Source: Callorhinchus milii (lineage: Eukaryota). Taken from it: a stretch of 64,000 nt of DNA. This document shows, one piece after another, positions 49,360-61,712 of this stretch. The notes under the pieces were generated by a model, which saw only the letters and a list, made by a program, of their open reading frames with translations, was not told where the DNA came from and did no database searches. The stretch's first letter is position 1; each line of letters starts with the position of its first letter. The DNA lies in NCBI RefSeq assembly GCF_018977255.1, contig NW_024704742.1, positions 103,542,001-103,606,000 of the forward strand. Reading direction: 5' to 3'. The position numbers were made by a program, and so were the translations under genes.

Positions 49360-49825
49360 TGGTGTCAGCTTGGTTGAATTGGTAGTTTGTAGCTTGGACC
49401 ATCAAGTACTGAGTCAGACGGTTGTGGGTCCAAGCCCCTTGACAGGACTTTGGACTCAAGAGTCTAGGGTGATGCTCCAATACAGTGCTAGGAATCTGCT
49501 GCATTGTTGGAGGTGCCGTCCTTTAAATGGACTCTGAAGGACCGCAGAGTCCAACTGAGGTCCAGTCTGCCTGTTCAGGAGGAATTCACAGATACCTTAG
49601 CACTATTTGAAAAGAGAAAGGAGTTTCTCTCTCCCAATGTCCTGGCTAACAATCCCCCAGATAAAATTGATCATTCACTCTATGGCTGTTTGTGGGACAT
49701 TGCTGCTTGCATATTGGCTGCTGCATTCACCTACAAAATATACAGTCACTACACTTTACCGTATATCCAGTGAAGTGCTTTGAAACATCCCCAGATATGA
49801 AATGCTAGGATAATTATTACTATTA
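49360..49825 (+). mobile_element. DeuSINE (SacSINE1/AmnSINE1-like), near full length
   Basis: tRNA-like head; GCATTGTTGGAGGTGCCGTCCTTT..GTCTGCCTGTTCAGG..GCACTATTTGAA..TGTCCTGGCTAAC Deu domain; L2-type tail. Confidence 0.75.
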
Positions 49826-50661
49826 ACTCCCCATAACAGCATGTAAGAAGATTTTTATTATTTTGCTGATAGTTGGTTTGATCTTAGGTACCATATGCCA
49901 AGCTATAAAACTCTTGTTCCAATGCCTGACCACTCACAAATTGCTCTTGGAACTAGAACGTTCAGTTCAATGTCTGTAACAAAGAACCATTACCATCATT
50001 GAACACCTGTCTTAATTTGTAATCATTAATTTAGGGCAGCACTGTTGGTGCTGTTATGCACATTTTGTTGTTATCAGATAATGTTCCAGTGTACAGAATG
50101 GTCCAGTACTAATGCTGAGCAAAACAGTGCTACATACATCAAGTTTACAGATGTGATGGAAGATATAAATAATCAACAATCGCACTGTCTCGTATTCTAA
50201 CTCATTTTTTCATGCAATGGGAAGTTTTATCTCCTCAAGACTCTATTTCCCCTTATAGTAAATTACCTTTTAAAATCTACACTTGCCATCACTTGCTCTT
50301 TTTTCTCTCCTACCTGGTTCAACCTTGGTGACTTACTTCTGGCTCTCGGCTTTTCATCTATCTCCATTAAAAGAGATTGCAGCGTTTTAGGTTCACAAAC
50401 ATAACACTGAGGTGGGAGAGGGAGGAGATGGTTGAAAAATCTTCTGTCAGCTCACAAATAAAATTGAGCTGTCAACAGTATGAAATGAAAAAAGTAAAAT
50501 TTGAAGGCCCAATGCCATGTCAGACAAATTTATCTCCAGGTGGATTTCTTTGATACTTCAAGAAAATAAACAATTAGCTCAGAATATCATTGGAGAAAAA
50601 TGTCTCTTCGGAACTGCCTATGAGTAATCAAAGATGGCTACAGTATAATTGGAGGAATGTG

Positions 50662-50982
50662 TAATAATAATAATAATAATCCTTGCATTTGATATAGCGC
50701 TTTTCACATGGGAGGATGTCCCAAAGCGCTTCACAGAACACACTGTAAAGTGAATTGACTGTATATTTATGGGCGAACGCGGCAGCCAATTGCGCACAGC
50801 AATGTCCCACGAACAGTCGTAGATTGAAAATGACCAATTTATTATTGTTTTTAATTTTGGAGGGATCATTATTAGGCATGTGGAGTAAGGAAACTTGCCC
50901 AAGGTTTCGCCCTCTGCCTGGAATTGAACTCAGGTCTCTCGCTTGCAAAGCGAGTGCTCTAACCACTGAGCTACAGGACTCC
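50662..50982 (-). mobile_element. tRNA-Ala CORE-type SINE, short form, full length, young
   Basis: Near-identical to 55605-55920 in reverse. Confidence 0.95.
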
Positions 50983-53521
50983 ACTAACAAGGTAAAATAC
51001 CATTCCATTGGAGCTGACTAAGTACTTGGACTGTAATGCTGTGAAGGCAACAGGAATCCTGCCAGAAAATGCATACTTCCTTTTTCAGTCTCACAGTGTC
51101 TGTACAGCTCATCGCAAAGACAAAATATAATGCAAGGCTACAATTCTATTTCACAATAACTCATATAAATGAAAGACAACTGCATTGCAATGATTGATTT
51201 CTGAAAACAAATCTTCCTCTTGCTAGGTTCCTGAGCTATTGCAATTCTTTTGATTTATAGGAGTATGTAGCTGCCCTCAGAACCTCACACTGAACTTTTT
51301 ATTTTATGCATATTGCAGTAACACGGTATTTAATTAATCATGTGGGCGTTTTAATAGATGTTATAAAGAATTAAACCATATGATTATTCCTGAGGTTAAG
51401 TTCTTGCAAGAGTGTAAACATAAGAGTCTCCTGGATGAAATCATTGTCTATTTCAGTTTTCAATTCTGTTCTCTGTTCATAACTATAAAATTCATTTCTG
51501 TCATGTCACATGGTCCAGGCAATGACAAGTGATTTATTTGCCAGGCTCTTTACAGTGTCACATGGTGCCGCTAAATGTTCATGTGGAATCCTAACCACAC
51601 TCAGAGACTCCTGCAGAATACTCTGGTAGAAATGCATCACTGCCATTAAGCGAATATTGGTCACTATTATCTGTTTACCTAGCAGTAAACAGGAACCCTT
51701 CAAAAAAATTATAATAATAATAAATTACCCACTCAATCCACAACTGTTTGTGGGATACTGCTGTGTGCAATTGGCTGACACGGTTCACCCACAAAATTAA
51801 TTTTGTACACTTTAAGCACTCTATAGATAAACTTTAACATTGATATAAATGTTATCTATTACACTTGTCATTTTACCCATTCATATATTCTTAAATGAAT
51901 CAGTTGCTTGTAACTAAAATGTCTTAATGACTACTGCTCTTGCCATATAACAGTCATCTTTAACCTATGGCTTTCAGTTCTGTTTTTATCAAGCGGACTA
52001 AAACGGCTAGTGCAGCAAATTTCACACTGACTTGAATGCTCAAATAGAGTTTTGAAGAACGTGTATCAACTGTGGTTTCTGACTGAGAGATAAACACTAG
52101 ATAGGCTACAATGCAAAGCAATCTTAAATCTCATTTAAATGGTACTGTGTTCTTGAAAAGAATCATGTTAAAGAATTTGATCACTGTGATATCTCTTCCT
52201 TCTTGTCAAAGCCTTCCCTGTTAAGTTGCCAATATTTTTCAGGTTCTAAATCCAGAAACACTCAAGAGACTGACAGATACATGCCTATGGTCCCAACTGA
52301 ACTAAAACCTTTGAACACCAGAAAATCTGTCGCAAATGTTCAATCATAGGATTTCTGGCATGACTTCAAATGAACACTACAGCAGTTTGATATTGCAAGT
52401 GTAACAGTATATAGTTTTATGCTGGAACTGCCCAAACAATATCAAACTCATCAGAAAAAACCTGGGCTGAAACTCAACTCTCGGTAACTAAAGATGCTGA
52501 AGTTCCTGAAAATAATGTTGCATTTAAAACAACCAGTGAAGATATTGAGCCTGGAAGCTTGAACACTGCACTTCATCTCATAGAAAAGGGTACAATTATG
52601 ACATTGTAACCAGTATAATTAATGGTGAAAGACCACTAGTGAGTTTCCAAGAGCACAAGTAGTAAATTGGATGCCTTAGTAATACTTAATTACCCAAATT
52701 TGCTTCTTGTTGTAAAGCGGGGTTTTTACAGAAATTTGGGGGCATTTTGTAATGGGCATTTATTAGGGACAACCAGAACTGAGTTTCTGTGACCAGAATT
52801 CGACTATGATTATAATTATTGAGGGATGATTTCAAAAAGTTTTCTCCGTTCGGATCACTTGAAAGTGAACAATAAGTAAGAAAGTATGAGAAAGAAATAA
52901 GAGCAAGTACAAGAACGAAAAGTCCTTTTGAGATGTTCTTTCATGTGAAAGGCATAAATGTAAGTTGCTATTGCTGTAGATTCTTCCCAGTTTATTTAAT
53001 CTCCTGCTGATGTGAGAGAAAGAGTCACAAGTAAAACTTAGAAGAAAATAAATCTCTCAAGTTAATCAAATGGAAACACCGGCTCTCTATCAAACAGCGC
53101 AACATAATTCATCAAATCTTATAAATTGTTTTCTAGAGATGACATTTACAAATTCTCAATGAGCTGGAACCATTAAGTTTTATTTCTGTCCACAAAAATA
53201 TACACAGAGTAAAGCCCCATTATAAAACCCTAACCAGCTTTACATCAGGCACAATCGCTGGTCAGTTCTTACACATCGGGACATTACTGATCACATAACC
53301 AGTGACATCACTGCACACGTGCACAGGAAGCCAGCAAGCACAGGAAGTGATGTCGGCACTGACCTGATGATCCAGAAGTCAGCCATTTTCAGTGGAAGTC
53401 AGCCACAGTACACTGGACATCAGCGTTATATGCAAACCTGCATGATAATGAAATGTGTTATAATGGGCTTCTGCTGCATTGCTTTCAATACCATCAAACA
53501 TGTTTTTGTTCAAAGGCATCA

Positions 53522-53661
53522 ATAATAAATATTAATCCTTGCAGTTGATATAACGCTTTTTACATCTTCTAAACATCTCAAAGGGCTTCATAGAATATAC
53601 TGTAAAGTAAATTGACTGTATATTTGCGGGCAAAGTGCTGCAGCCAATTGCGCACAGCAGT
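53522..53661 (-). mobile_element. SINE 3' fragment
   Basis: Body and tail match the SINE family. Confidence 0.8.
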
Positions 53662-53734
53662 AAGGATTATGTTCATACTCCTGTGCGGCAACAATATCAA
53701 ATGCAAGGATTATTATAATATGTTTCAAGAAAAC

Positions 53735-54015
53735 AGAGACCTGGAATTTCTCATGGTCTTAAGATCACTGACAATTCTTCAGATTGTGCAGAGTTTCAGA
53801 AAATTTTTAAATTTGGTCTTTCTTAATTTGGAAACTAGTTACCTGCAGTTAGGGTTAGGGTTAATTGCAAGTTTTTATGGAAAAACTGCCAGTTTCTATG
53901 GAAAATCTGGCTTTCAAATCGAGCCTGAATTTGATAAATTTTCTAAATCTTGTACAATTCTACATTTTAAGGGAATGGGCTTAAGGTGGAAGACCATGAG
54001 GATTTGCAGGCCTCT
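53735..54015. mobile_element. Palindromic MITE (GGCCTG-ended)
   Basis: CAGAGACCTGGAATTTCTCATGGTCTT ... AAGACCATGAGGATTTGCAGGCCTCTG inverted ends; related right ends near 27555 and 45733. Confidence 0.68.
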
Positions 54016-54480
54016 GGTCTTCTATTTGCTGTCCACGTCAATGTATGGACTTGAGCTTTTTGCCTTTGCATTGCTCAACACTGCCTCTGAGTCATGCACT
54101 GTAGGAAGATCCCAGGTTCAAGTCATGGTCTGAATAATCTCCCAAGGCTGTCAAGGCTTTTGGATGAATAATGATACTTGGACAAGACACCAGAGGACGG
54201 ATGTCACCCATGTAACCCGAGCTCTGTATGAATCCATTACCTTCAAGAGAAAGCGGAATTTATTTCAGGATTTTATGAAACGCTTGTGACCCGGTAGTGG
54301 TAGTAGTCAATCTCCCTCTTGTGACTGTTTGATTGCAGTTTGTAAACTGTATCAGAAGTTGCTGCCTCCATATTTGATCGGTTGTAGTCAACAACTGGAA
54401 GAGAGCAACTAACAACTGGTAGGGACTTTACCTTAATGAAAGGAAAACTGTGCATACTGTATCAATAACAACATCTATAT

Positions 54481-54645
54481 CAATGGTGGCCAACCTTTAT
54501 AATCAGCCATCAAAATAAATGTTCTTGTTTGAATATTTCTTGATTGATGCCATAAATAAAAAAACATGAAAACACGCTACCGAATGGACACAGATTTACC
54601 TCGACTCGTGTGAATGTTTCGGGGGTTACGGGTTGGCCACCACTG
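54481..54645. mobile_element. Non-autonomous hAT (Charlie-like) DNA transposon
   Basis: TIRs CAATGGTGGCCAACC / GGTTGGCCACCACTG; 8-bp TSD ATCTATAT / ATTTATAT. Confidence 0.82.
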
Positions 54646-55604
54646 ATTTATATAATGCCTCTCTCATAGCCAACTCATCTCAAAGCACTTGATAACAAAT
54701 GAGTGGGAGCTAGCAGGGAGATGAAAGGGGTAGTGACATTCACAACTTTGTTTCCTTATGGCTGCAAGGTCAATAACAGGCCAGCAGTAGAGAAACCGTA
54801 CAGTTAGCGTACACAGGGTGAATCCACACAGAACTGGCAAAGAGTATTGATGTCCCCAAATGTATCCACTGAGCTCCTAGCTACAGCAGAAATAGCACTG
54901 TAAAATAAGCATGGTACGAGCCATTAAAATTGATTTCAGACTACCAAAATGATTACTTATTGGTGGAGTAATTTGCATCTGAACCTGGTCCAAATAGATC
55001 TAAATATCCATGCCAGTTATTGTTGGACTGTGATAAAACTACAGTCAAACTGAAATCGGTCGCTCACTGTGGAATCATTTCCTGGGGAATGAGAATTTAC
55101 TGCAAATGGTTATCAGCCAAAATGCCTTCATGTTTCAGTGGAGGTGACTGACTGACAATATACATAGTAAATCATTTATGTTCTCTTCAGAAACATAAAT
55201 TTATGAAAATAATCCAATATTGATTATAATTATAATGTGAAAGACTATAGTAGAGGATGCTCTGTGTTACTATTCAGCAAACACAGTGCTGAGGGGTAAA
55301 TGCTGCTTAACTGGGCTGGAACAATGTAATTTGAGGTAAGATAAATGAGTGTTTGAAAAACAAGGAAACTGTGAAGTGTGCTACAGTGTGTTCTGCTCAC
55401 AGAAAAGAAAGCTTCAGACAAAATCCATCAGCCTATAGTAGGATAGTTTGAGGTGGAATAGAAGGTTGTCCTGAACATTGAAGTTCAAGATAAATTCACG
55501 TAACAGCCAGTTAAACTTTTCAAACTTTAACAGCATAAGCGCAAACCATTGGAGATCAATTTGGGGGACAAACATTATATAATTCTTATACAAATAGCAT
55601 TTGT

Positions 55605-55920
55605 GGAGTCCTGTAGCTCAGTGGTTAGAGCACTCGCTTTGCAAGCGAGAGACCTGAGTTCAATTCCAGTCAGAGGGCGAAACCTTGGGCAAGTTTCCTT
55701 ACTCCACACAGAGCCTAATAATAATCCTTCCAAAACCAAAAACAATAATAAATTGGTCAATTTCAATCTACGACTGTTTGTGGGACATTGTTGTGTGCAA
55801 TTGGCTGCCGCATTCGCCCACAAATATACAGTCAATTCACTTTACAGTGTGTTCTGTGAAGCGCTTTGGGACGTCCTCCCAACGTGAAAAGCGCTACAAC
55901 AAATGCAAGGATTATTATTA
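55605..55920 (+). mobile_element. tRNA-Ala CORE-type SINE, short form, full length, young
   Basis: Intact A/B boxes, TGC anticodon arm, body and tail. Confidence 0.95.
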
Positions 55921-56948
55921 AAGGAAACGAAGGGGAGCACTGTGTCACATACTGAAACAAAGTCCAGGAGGTTATCATTACAGTGTACAGAAAGCACAGC
56001 GCTCACATAAACTTTGGTTCCGCTATCTCAGGAAACATTATTCCACAATAGATGAGCGACAGCATTGGGATCATGGGTATAACAATGTACCTGATGTGGT
56101 ACAAGCATTGCCACAGACTATTTATTGGAAGTCTGAATGTCAGGGCCTAGGAGGAATCATAGCAGCTGCACCAGCAAAGTCACCTCATCAGCCTAAACAG
56201 TGGTGAGTTTGGGAATAGCTATTGTTTGCAATTTCTTCTTTGAGCTTCCTTCGAGTTGCATAAGAATAATAGGATAATGGCTCCTTCCCGGTATTGTAGC
56301 TTCCTTCATACCCATCTCTCTATTCAGCCTACATAAATAAAATTTAATCATTGTTCAGGCAAAGGAGAAGTTTAAGGGAAACAAAGTTTCATTTGGGTTA
56401 GGATTAATTAGGGCAGCAAAAGCCTCATCATATTTCAAATTTGCCATAAAATTCTTCAAGGTAGATTCTCTTTGGGATATATTTCTTGGCTATCTTCCTT
56501 CACTCCCTCAATGTTTCTCTGTTATTTCAGCTTTTGTTCTGAAGGGATGTCCTTTGACATGCCAGCAGGAGGCAACCCCACATACAATGTTGGTCCAGAT
56601 CTGAGGAGTTTGGGAGAGGAGGGATATTTGAAATTTGCTTGTGTGCTCGTGCTGAAAAGAAAAGAACTCCCTCCCGCCCCCCCACCACCAGCACATGTTT
56701 GTGACTGTCCACCTCTATTTACTCTTCTAGGAAACACATATGTCTTCTGATACTACTCTAAATATCCATTATGCATACAGGACACGCTGCATGTGAGGGA
56801 TACAGACAAACCATGCCAAAGAACTAGACTTCATGACTCTAATTAAGTCTTTCTTCATGAGAAGTGAGAATCTTTTCTTTCACTTGCTAAAAACGAGCCA
56901 CTAATACAGCTGCTCTGCTGCAGATGGGAAAATTACTCTAGAAAGGAA

Positions 56949-57056
56949 ATTAAAATTAATTTAGCATTTATCCTATCATTGCCAATATCAGTACAACATT
57001 TTAACCTGTTATACCAATATTGGCAATGATAGGATAAATGCTGAATTAATTTTAAT
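56949..57056. repeat. Inverted repeat, 50-bp arms, 8-nt loop
   Basis: 56949-56998 versus the reverse complement of 57007-57056: 46 of 50 identical. Confidence 0.92.
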
Positions 57057-57091
57057 GTTATAAATATACTTATTCAATCCCTTTACATCAC

Positions 57092-57207
57092 TAAGAAAGA
57101 TTGTGTCTTCATTCTGATGGTCTTAATGAATTCTGATCCAGATGTACTACAACACATTTAGACCAGAATTCATTAACACCAACAGAATTAAGCCAATATC
57201 TTTCTTA
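57092..57207. repeat. Inverted repeat, ~54-bp arms, 8-nt loop
   Basis: TAAGAAAGAT..ATTCTGATGGTCTTAATGAATTCTGATCCAGATGT pairs with ACATTTAGACCAGAATTCATTAACACCAACAGAAT..ATCTTTCTTA. Confidence 0.85.
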
Positions 57208-57499
57208 TTTTACATATTTGACATAATTTCCAACTCAAAACGAGCAATTAAGTTTCCCCATCCATTTTGACACACCATGATGCATTCCTAATGCATTGTT
57301 CCGTCGCTGAGGCTAAATACAAAACCTAACAAAGCTGTTTAAATGGATTGTTCAAAATTAATTATTTGGAAACTTTTACAATTGTTGTGTTGCACAAAGA
57401 ACATAATCTGCCCAGTACATCTGGTGACAGAAAATCAGCTCCTACGTAAATATGTTAGATTCCAAAAGATAAAAGAGAACCATTTGTTACAGAACATTA

Positions 57500-57865
57500 C
57501 ATACAATTTGGGGATTTTGAGCTCGTCTAGGCTGACTCTCCAATGCAGTGGGGGAGCACTACATTGTCGGAAGTGCCGTACTTTGGATGAGATACTAAAC
57601 CAAGTTCCAGTCTCTTACAGACCCTTTAATACTGTTTGAAAGAGAAGTGAATTTCTCCTGGTGTTCTGACCAGCACTACAGATAAAATTAATCATTTCCT
57701 TCACGACTGTTTGTGGGATGTTGCTGAATTCAAATTGGCTGTTCACCTATAAAAAAATAGGCATTCACCTATAAAACATACAGTCATTCCATAATAGATT
57801 TGGTGAGGCTGGATGATATTGACAATGTGATAAGCTGCTATATCAAATGCAAGGATTATTATTAT
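57500..57865 (+). mobile_element. DeuSINE fragment
   Basis: GGCTGACTCTCCAATGCAG..CATTGTCGGAAGTGCCGT.CTTTGGATGAGATACTAAACC..TCTCCTGGTGTTCTGACC; AAATGCAAGGATTATT tail. Confidence 0.72.
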
Positions 57866-58894
57866 AAATTGTAGAAGCCACAATGAGAGTTTAAGAGCCA
57901 GTTACATGCTATAGGTTACAATCCAATTAGAATAGAGAATTCACATGGAGGAGAACACAAGCCAAGTTGTTGTCATGATCAGCATTACTTTGGTGCCAAA
58001 GAAAGCCTATTTGAATGTGATATATTGTTCAGCCAATATGGAATTCAGTTTTGCTGCTATTAACCAGTCCCACATCAATCATTTACATTCGTGAAGTGAT
58101 TCATTCCCACTAATTCAATCACTAAATGAACACCAACATCTAATTGGATTCCTGGCTTTACAGGTAATGATAGCATGCTGCAGGTGTTTAGATTTTCAGT
58201 GTGAATTGATTATTGGTAAATGCATATAGGTTTCTGCCTGAAGGTCCAACCAGATCTCAAAATAACTCCAGTTAGTCTCCAGTGATGCTATCTGAGTTTA
58301 CTTTTAATGAGTTCCTTAGGAAAGGTGTCTATTTCAGCTTGACCAAAAATAAATTCTATTCATTAATTCACCAGAGACAGGCTCACCTGAACCCTATCTT
58401 ATGTACTAACTAACCCAGTGATGCCTAGTGAATTGTGGAATAAATTATATCAGTCTTGAAGGAAAGTGATTATAATTACTCCTCACTGAGAGCAAGATAC
58501 TTATCAATTCACTGACGTCCCTGCTGGTAGGAATGGGCTCATGAATTAAACAAACCACGTTTCCTCTTTAGATGGTCCCAAAACAGATTAAGCAACAGAT
58601 CTTAACATTTTCAGAGCCACAGAAATCAAAAGGAACCTCGGCAGTCATTCCTTAAGAAACAAATGCACTTGACACTTTATCAAAACAAACAAGGCCACAA
58701 GAAAACAAATCACCCTTTCCCCTCGGCTTAGTAGGGCTGGAGATGATGGATGTGTTAAACAGATTTTCCAATCAGTTATCACAAGTCAAATGTAGTCCAA
58801 TTCCTTATCCATTCATTTTGGCTGAGGAGTTGTTAAAACAAGTGGAACATGTGTTACAAGCACCAAAAGACAACTAAATATGTAAAGTTCCATC

Positions 58895-59100
58895 TTGCCC
58901 CCTCCGTTGCCTCCTTCAAGACCCATCTCAAAACCCTCCTCTTTGATCGTGCCTTCGATCACCCTCCTTCCTCCCTCTGCCCTCCACCCATCCTGATCCT
59001 AACCCCCAGCTCGGGTCTGAAACACTGATTGGCCAGCACTCTGGGATGTCCTCCCAACGTGAAAGGCATTGAACAAATGTAGTTGTGTTGTTGTTGTTGC
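58895..59100 (+). mobile_element. L2 LINE 3' fragment
   Basis: SFKTHLKTLLFDRAF; GGGATGTCCTCCCAACGTGAAAGG plus (TTG)n. Confidence 0.85.
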
Positions 59101-59127
59101 TGGTCAGTGAGATGACCAACAAGCAGC

Positions 59128-59480
59128 AGCAACAACAACAACAGAACAAATTTACATTTATATAGAATCCTTCATGTTTGAAGGATGTCTGAAATAATGC
59201 CCGAGCTGAGGATAGGGAGAGCTGAATAAGGGGGTTGGAAAGCAAAGGTAACCAAAACCACAGTCGAAAAGAAAGGTTAAGGTTGGCTTTAAAAATGGGG
59301 AGGCTGTGGGAGGGTGGAAGGCAGTTCCAGAGATCTGGATCAGAATGACTAATAGCTCACCCAACGATAGTGGGGTGGATCAGGCAGGGAACATGAAGCA
59401 GGCTGGTCTTCGCTGTGTCAAAGCAGCCAGGGTGTTGCGTTGTAGGATGTCACAGAGATAGGGCAGGCCAAATGCCATGG
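59128..59480 (-). mobile_element. L2 LINE 3' fragment, tail-to-tail with the previous one
   Basis: (CAA)n tail at 59128-59145 followed by degenerate L2 3' region. Confidence 0.72.
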
Positions 59481-61488
59481 AGGAATACCAACAGAATATG
59501 ACTCCCTAAATGGTAACTAGACCAGATGACATAAAACTAAGAATAATTAATGAAATGCAAGCGAACAAAGGTGAAATTCTGGAAAATATAAATAGGAAAT
59601 TGGATTTTGGTCATAAGAGCAGAGGAAAGGATCTAAATTTTAAAATTAAAAGTGATACAAGAGATTAATATGAAATGTTTTTATCCACTGAATGATGGAC
59701 ACCTGGAAGAGACAAAAGCTCTTGTTAATACATTCCTTCAACAAAGTACAGGATAAGTTTCCTATTGGAGCAATATTCAAGACCATTGCAATTGGTGCCA
59801 AATGAGGTGAACAAATTATTGATAAAAACAACAATTTCTATGGTACTGGGGAAGGAATGTTGTCTTCAAGGGAGCGGGTCAGGGTTAAATAGAAGAGGTA
59901 TGAGAATAGACAAATATCTTGTGAAACTTTCTTTATTATTTTGGCCCACAGCATTTCCCCTGGAGATGTAATGGGTGTGGCAGAAAGCACAACAAAGTAA
60001 TTTCCACATTGTCAATGGAAGCAGTCCTGTAATTGGGCAACCATCACAATTTTGATCAAAAAGACCATTACAGTTTGAATGCAATTTAATGAGGCTCAGC
60101 CAGCTCTACTACTTAATCTGCATCAAAAAAAAATTTAAAATTAAATAAAAGTAAATGCTTTTCTCATGTCATTTTATACTGAATCGACATTTTATGACTG
60201 CACAGATTCTGCAATAAAATATGCCATAAAAAATGTTATTTTTAATATGTGCGTAAAACTGCAAACTAAACTTTCAGAAGATGGAGTATATGTCTAACCG
60301 CTTAGCAAAGTGCAGTATTATTCAGAATTAAAGAACATATTTTAATAACAAATCAAGAGCAGGAATATTGCTACTTATGCTACAACATTGCCTTGGGTTC
60401 TACTGGCTAATGTCAATTCAGTTATTGCCATTGAAAAGATTGGTCATAGTTCATTGCAACTGTTTTAGACAAAATCTATGAATGAGTCATATCCTTCCTT
60501 TAATGGATTCAACTCTTTATTTAGCTTTTTTTTACAATAAATATACTCTGGGATCTAATTTGCAGCATTTCGTAATAGGGTTCCTTAAAATAATTATTAT
60601 ATAATAATAATAAATAATTATATAATAATTTCTATCACTCACAGTAAGTAGATCACATCAGATGCAGTTTCCTCTGGGTCAGTGTGATGTAATCCAGTTA
60701 CCAGAAGGAGTATGAAACCTTTATGTTGAATTAGGCTTGTAGTCTCTAAAGCACTTTAAAATGCTGGGAGCTGCACAGTGGCAAGAACATAGCTGTCAAT
60801 GACCAGTTCAATATTGCAGAGACCAACTATTTTAATTAAGTCGGTGGTGTTCCCAGGAATGGAATGTCTTTTGATATAACTATCATATCACATACTGCAT
60901 TTTTCTCCCACTACCATGTGAATCGAGTAGCAGTCCTTTCAGCAATCAGCACCTTTTATTTTAAAAATACAGTACCTCTCACACCAGGACCAATTTGATT
61001 CAAAGCATATTATTGAATGTCAACACACAACTCCAGCACTCACCAATGAGTTTTTCTGACATCACTGGATAGGTCTCAGATGCAGATAGAAATGTATTTA
61101 TTATTTAGATTACCTTTAAAACTATCGTTCAATAATTATTTAAAGTTCTAAGTATTTAGTAATTTATAATGGGAAGAAGCGTATTCAGAAGAAATGTTCT
61201 ATGCACAAATTTAGAATTTTCAGAATGGGATTCATTGACCACATTTATGTTTATAAACAGATGCTGGGTCTCTGTGTAGCATTAATCATGATATTCACTG
61301 ATGATTTGGTGGAATTCCAAATTAAATTAATTTTGTTCATTTTGTACATCATGTTTGTTTTGTATATCATGTTCATTAATGCTTAACCACATTCATCACT
61401 CAAATTGAGGAAGATCATCCCGTCAAACTACTAGTTTCTCTTAACTTCTTCAAAGATCCTTTCATTACATTAGATACATCAGATAGAC

Positions 61489-61712
61489 CAGCAGTAGCCA
61501 ACCTGTGGTTGCGGGCCAGAAGTGGCCCACGGGGCCATCAAAATACCCCCCACTGCCTAAACGTTTGCATGAGCTTAGGTAAGTCAGTACGATCAGTATT
61601 GTGTTTTCATTTTTTTTCTTGATCGATTATTTTTTGCTTTATGGCATAAATCAAGACATATTCAATCAAGGACATTTATTTTGTTGTCGACCATAAAAAT
61701 TGGTCACCAATG
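61489..61712. mobile_element. Non-autonomous hAT (Charlie-like) DNA transposon, same family as 54481, opposite orientation
   Basis: TIRs CAGCAGTAGCCAACC / AATTGGTCACCAATG; degenerate 8-bp TSD AGATAGAC / ACATAAAC; interior is the reverse complement of ~54495-54575. Confidence 0.75.

Noticed and set aside
50618..51021. Recurrent peptides such as [24 protein letters not shown] in many ORFs
   Set aside because: Translations of the SINE body, not a multigene peptide family.
52243..52609. Plus-strand exon-like frames (GSKSRN..YMPM..VQS* and FYAG..LIEKG)
   Set aside because: Short, no recognisable homology, weak or unpaired splice signals, no partner exons.
53360..53425. TGATGA as a C/D snoRNA box C or CTGATGA as a hammerhead core
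   Set aside because: No suitably placed CTGA box D with terminal stem, and no GAAA/stem II arrangement.
53848..53863. TTAGGG x2, telomere-like
   Set aside because: Only two units, inside a MITE; not an interstitial telomere array.
53612..54133. 173-aa ORF
   Set aside because: Runs across SINE fragments and a palindromic MITE; not a gene.
60585..60632. AT-only quasi-palindrome
   Set aside because: Low-complexity (TAA/TTA) sequence.
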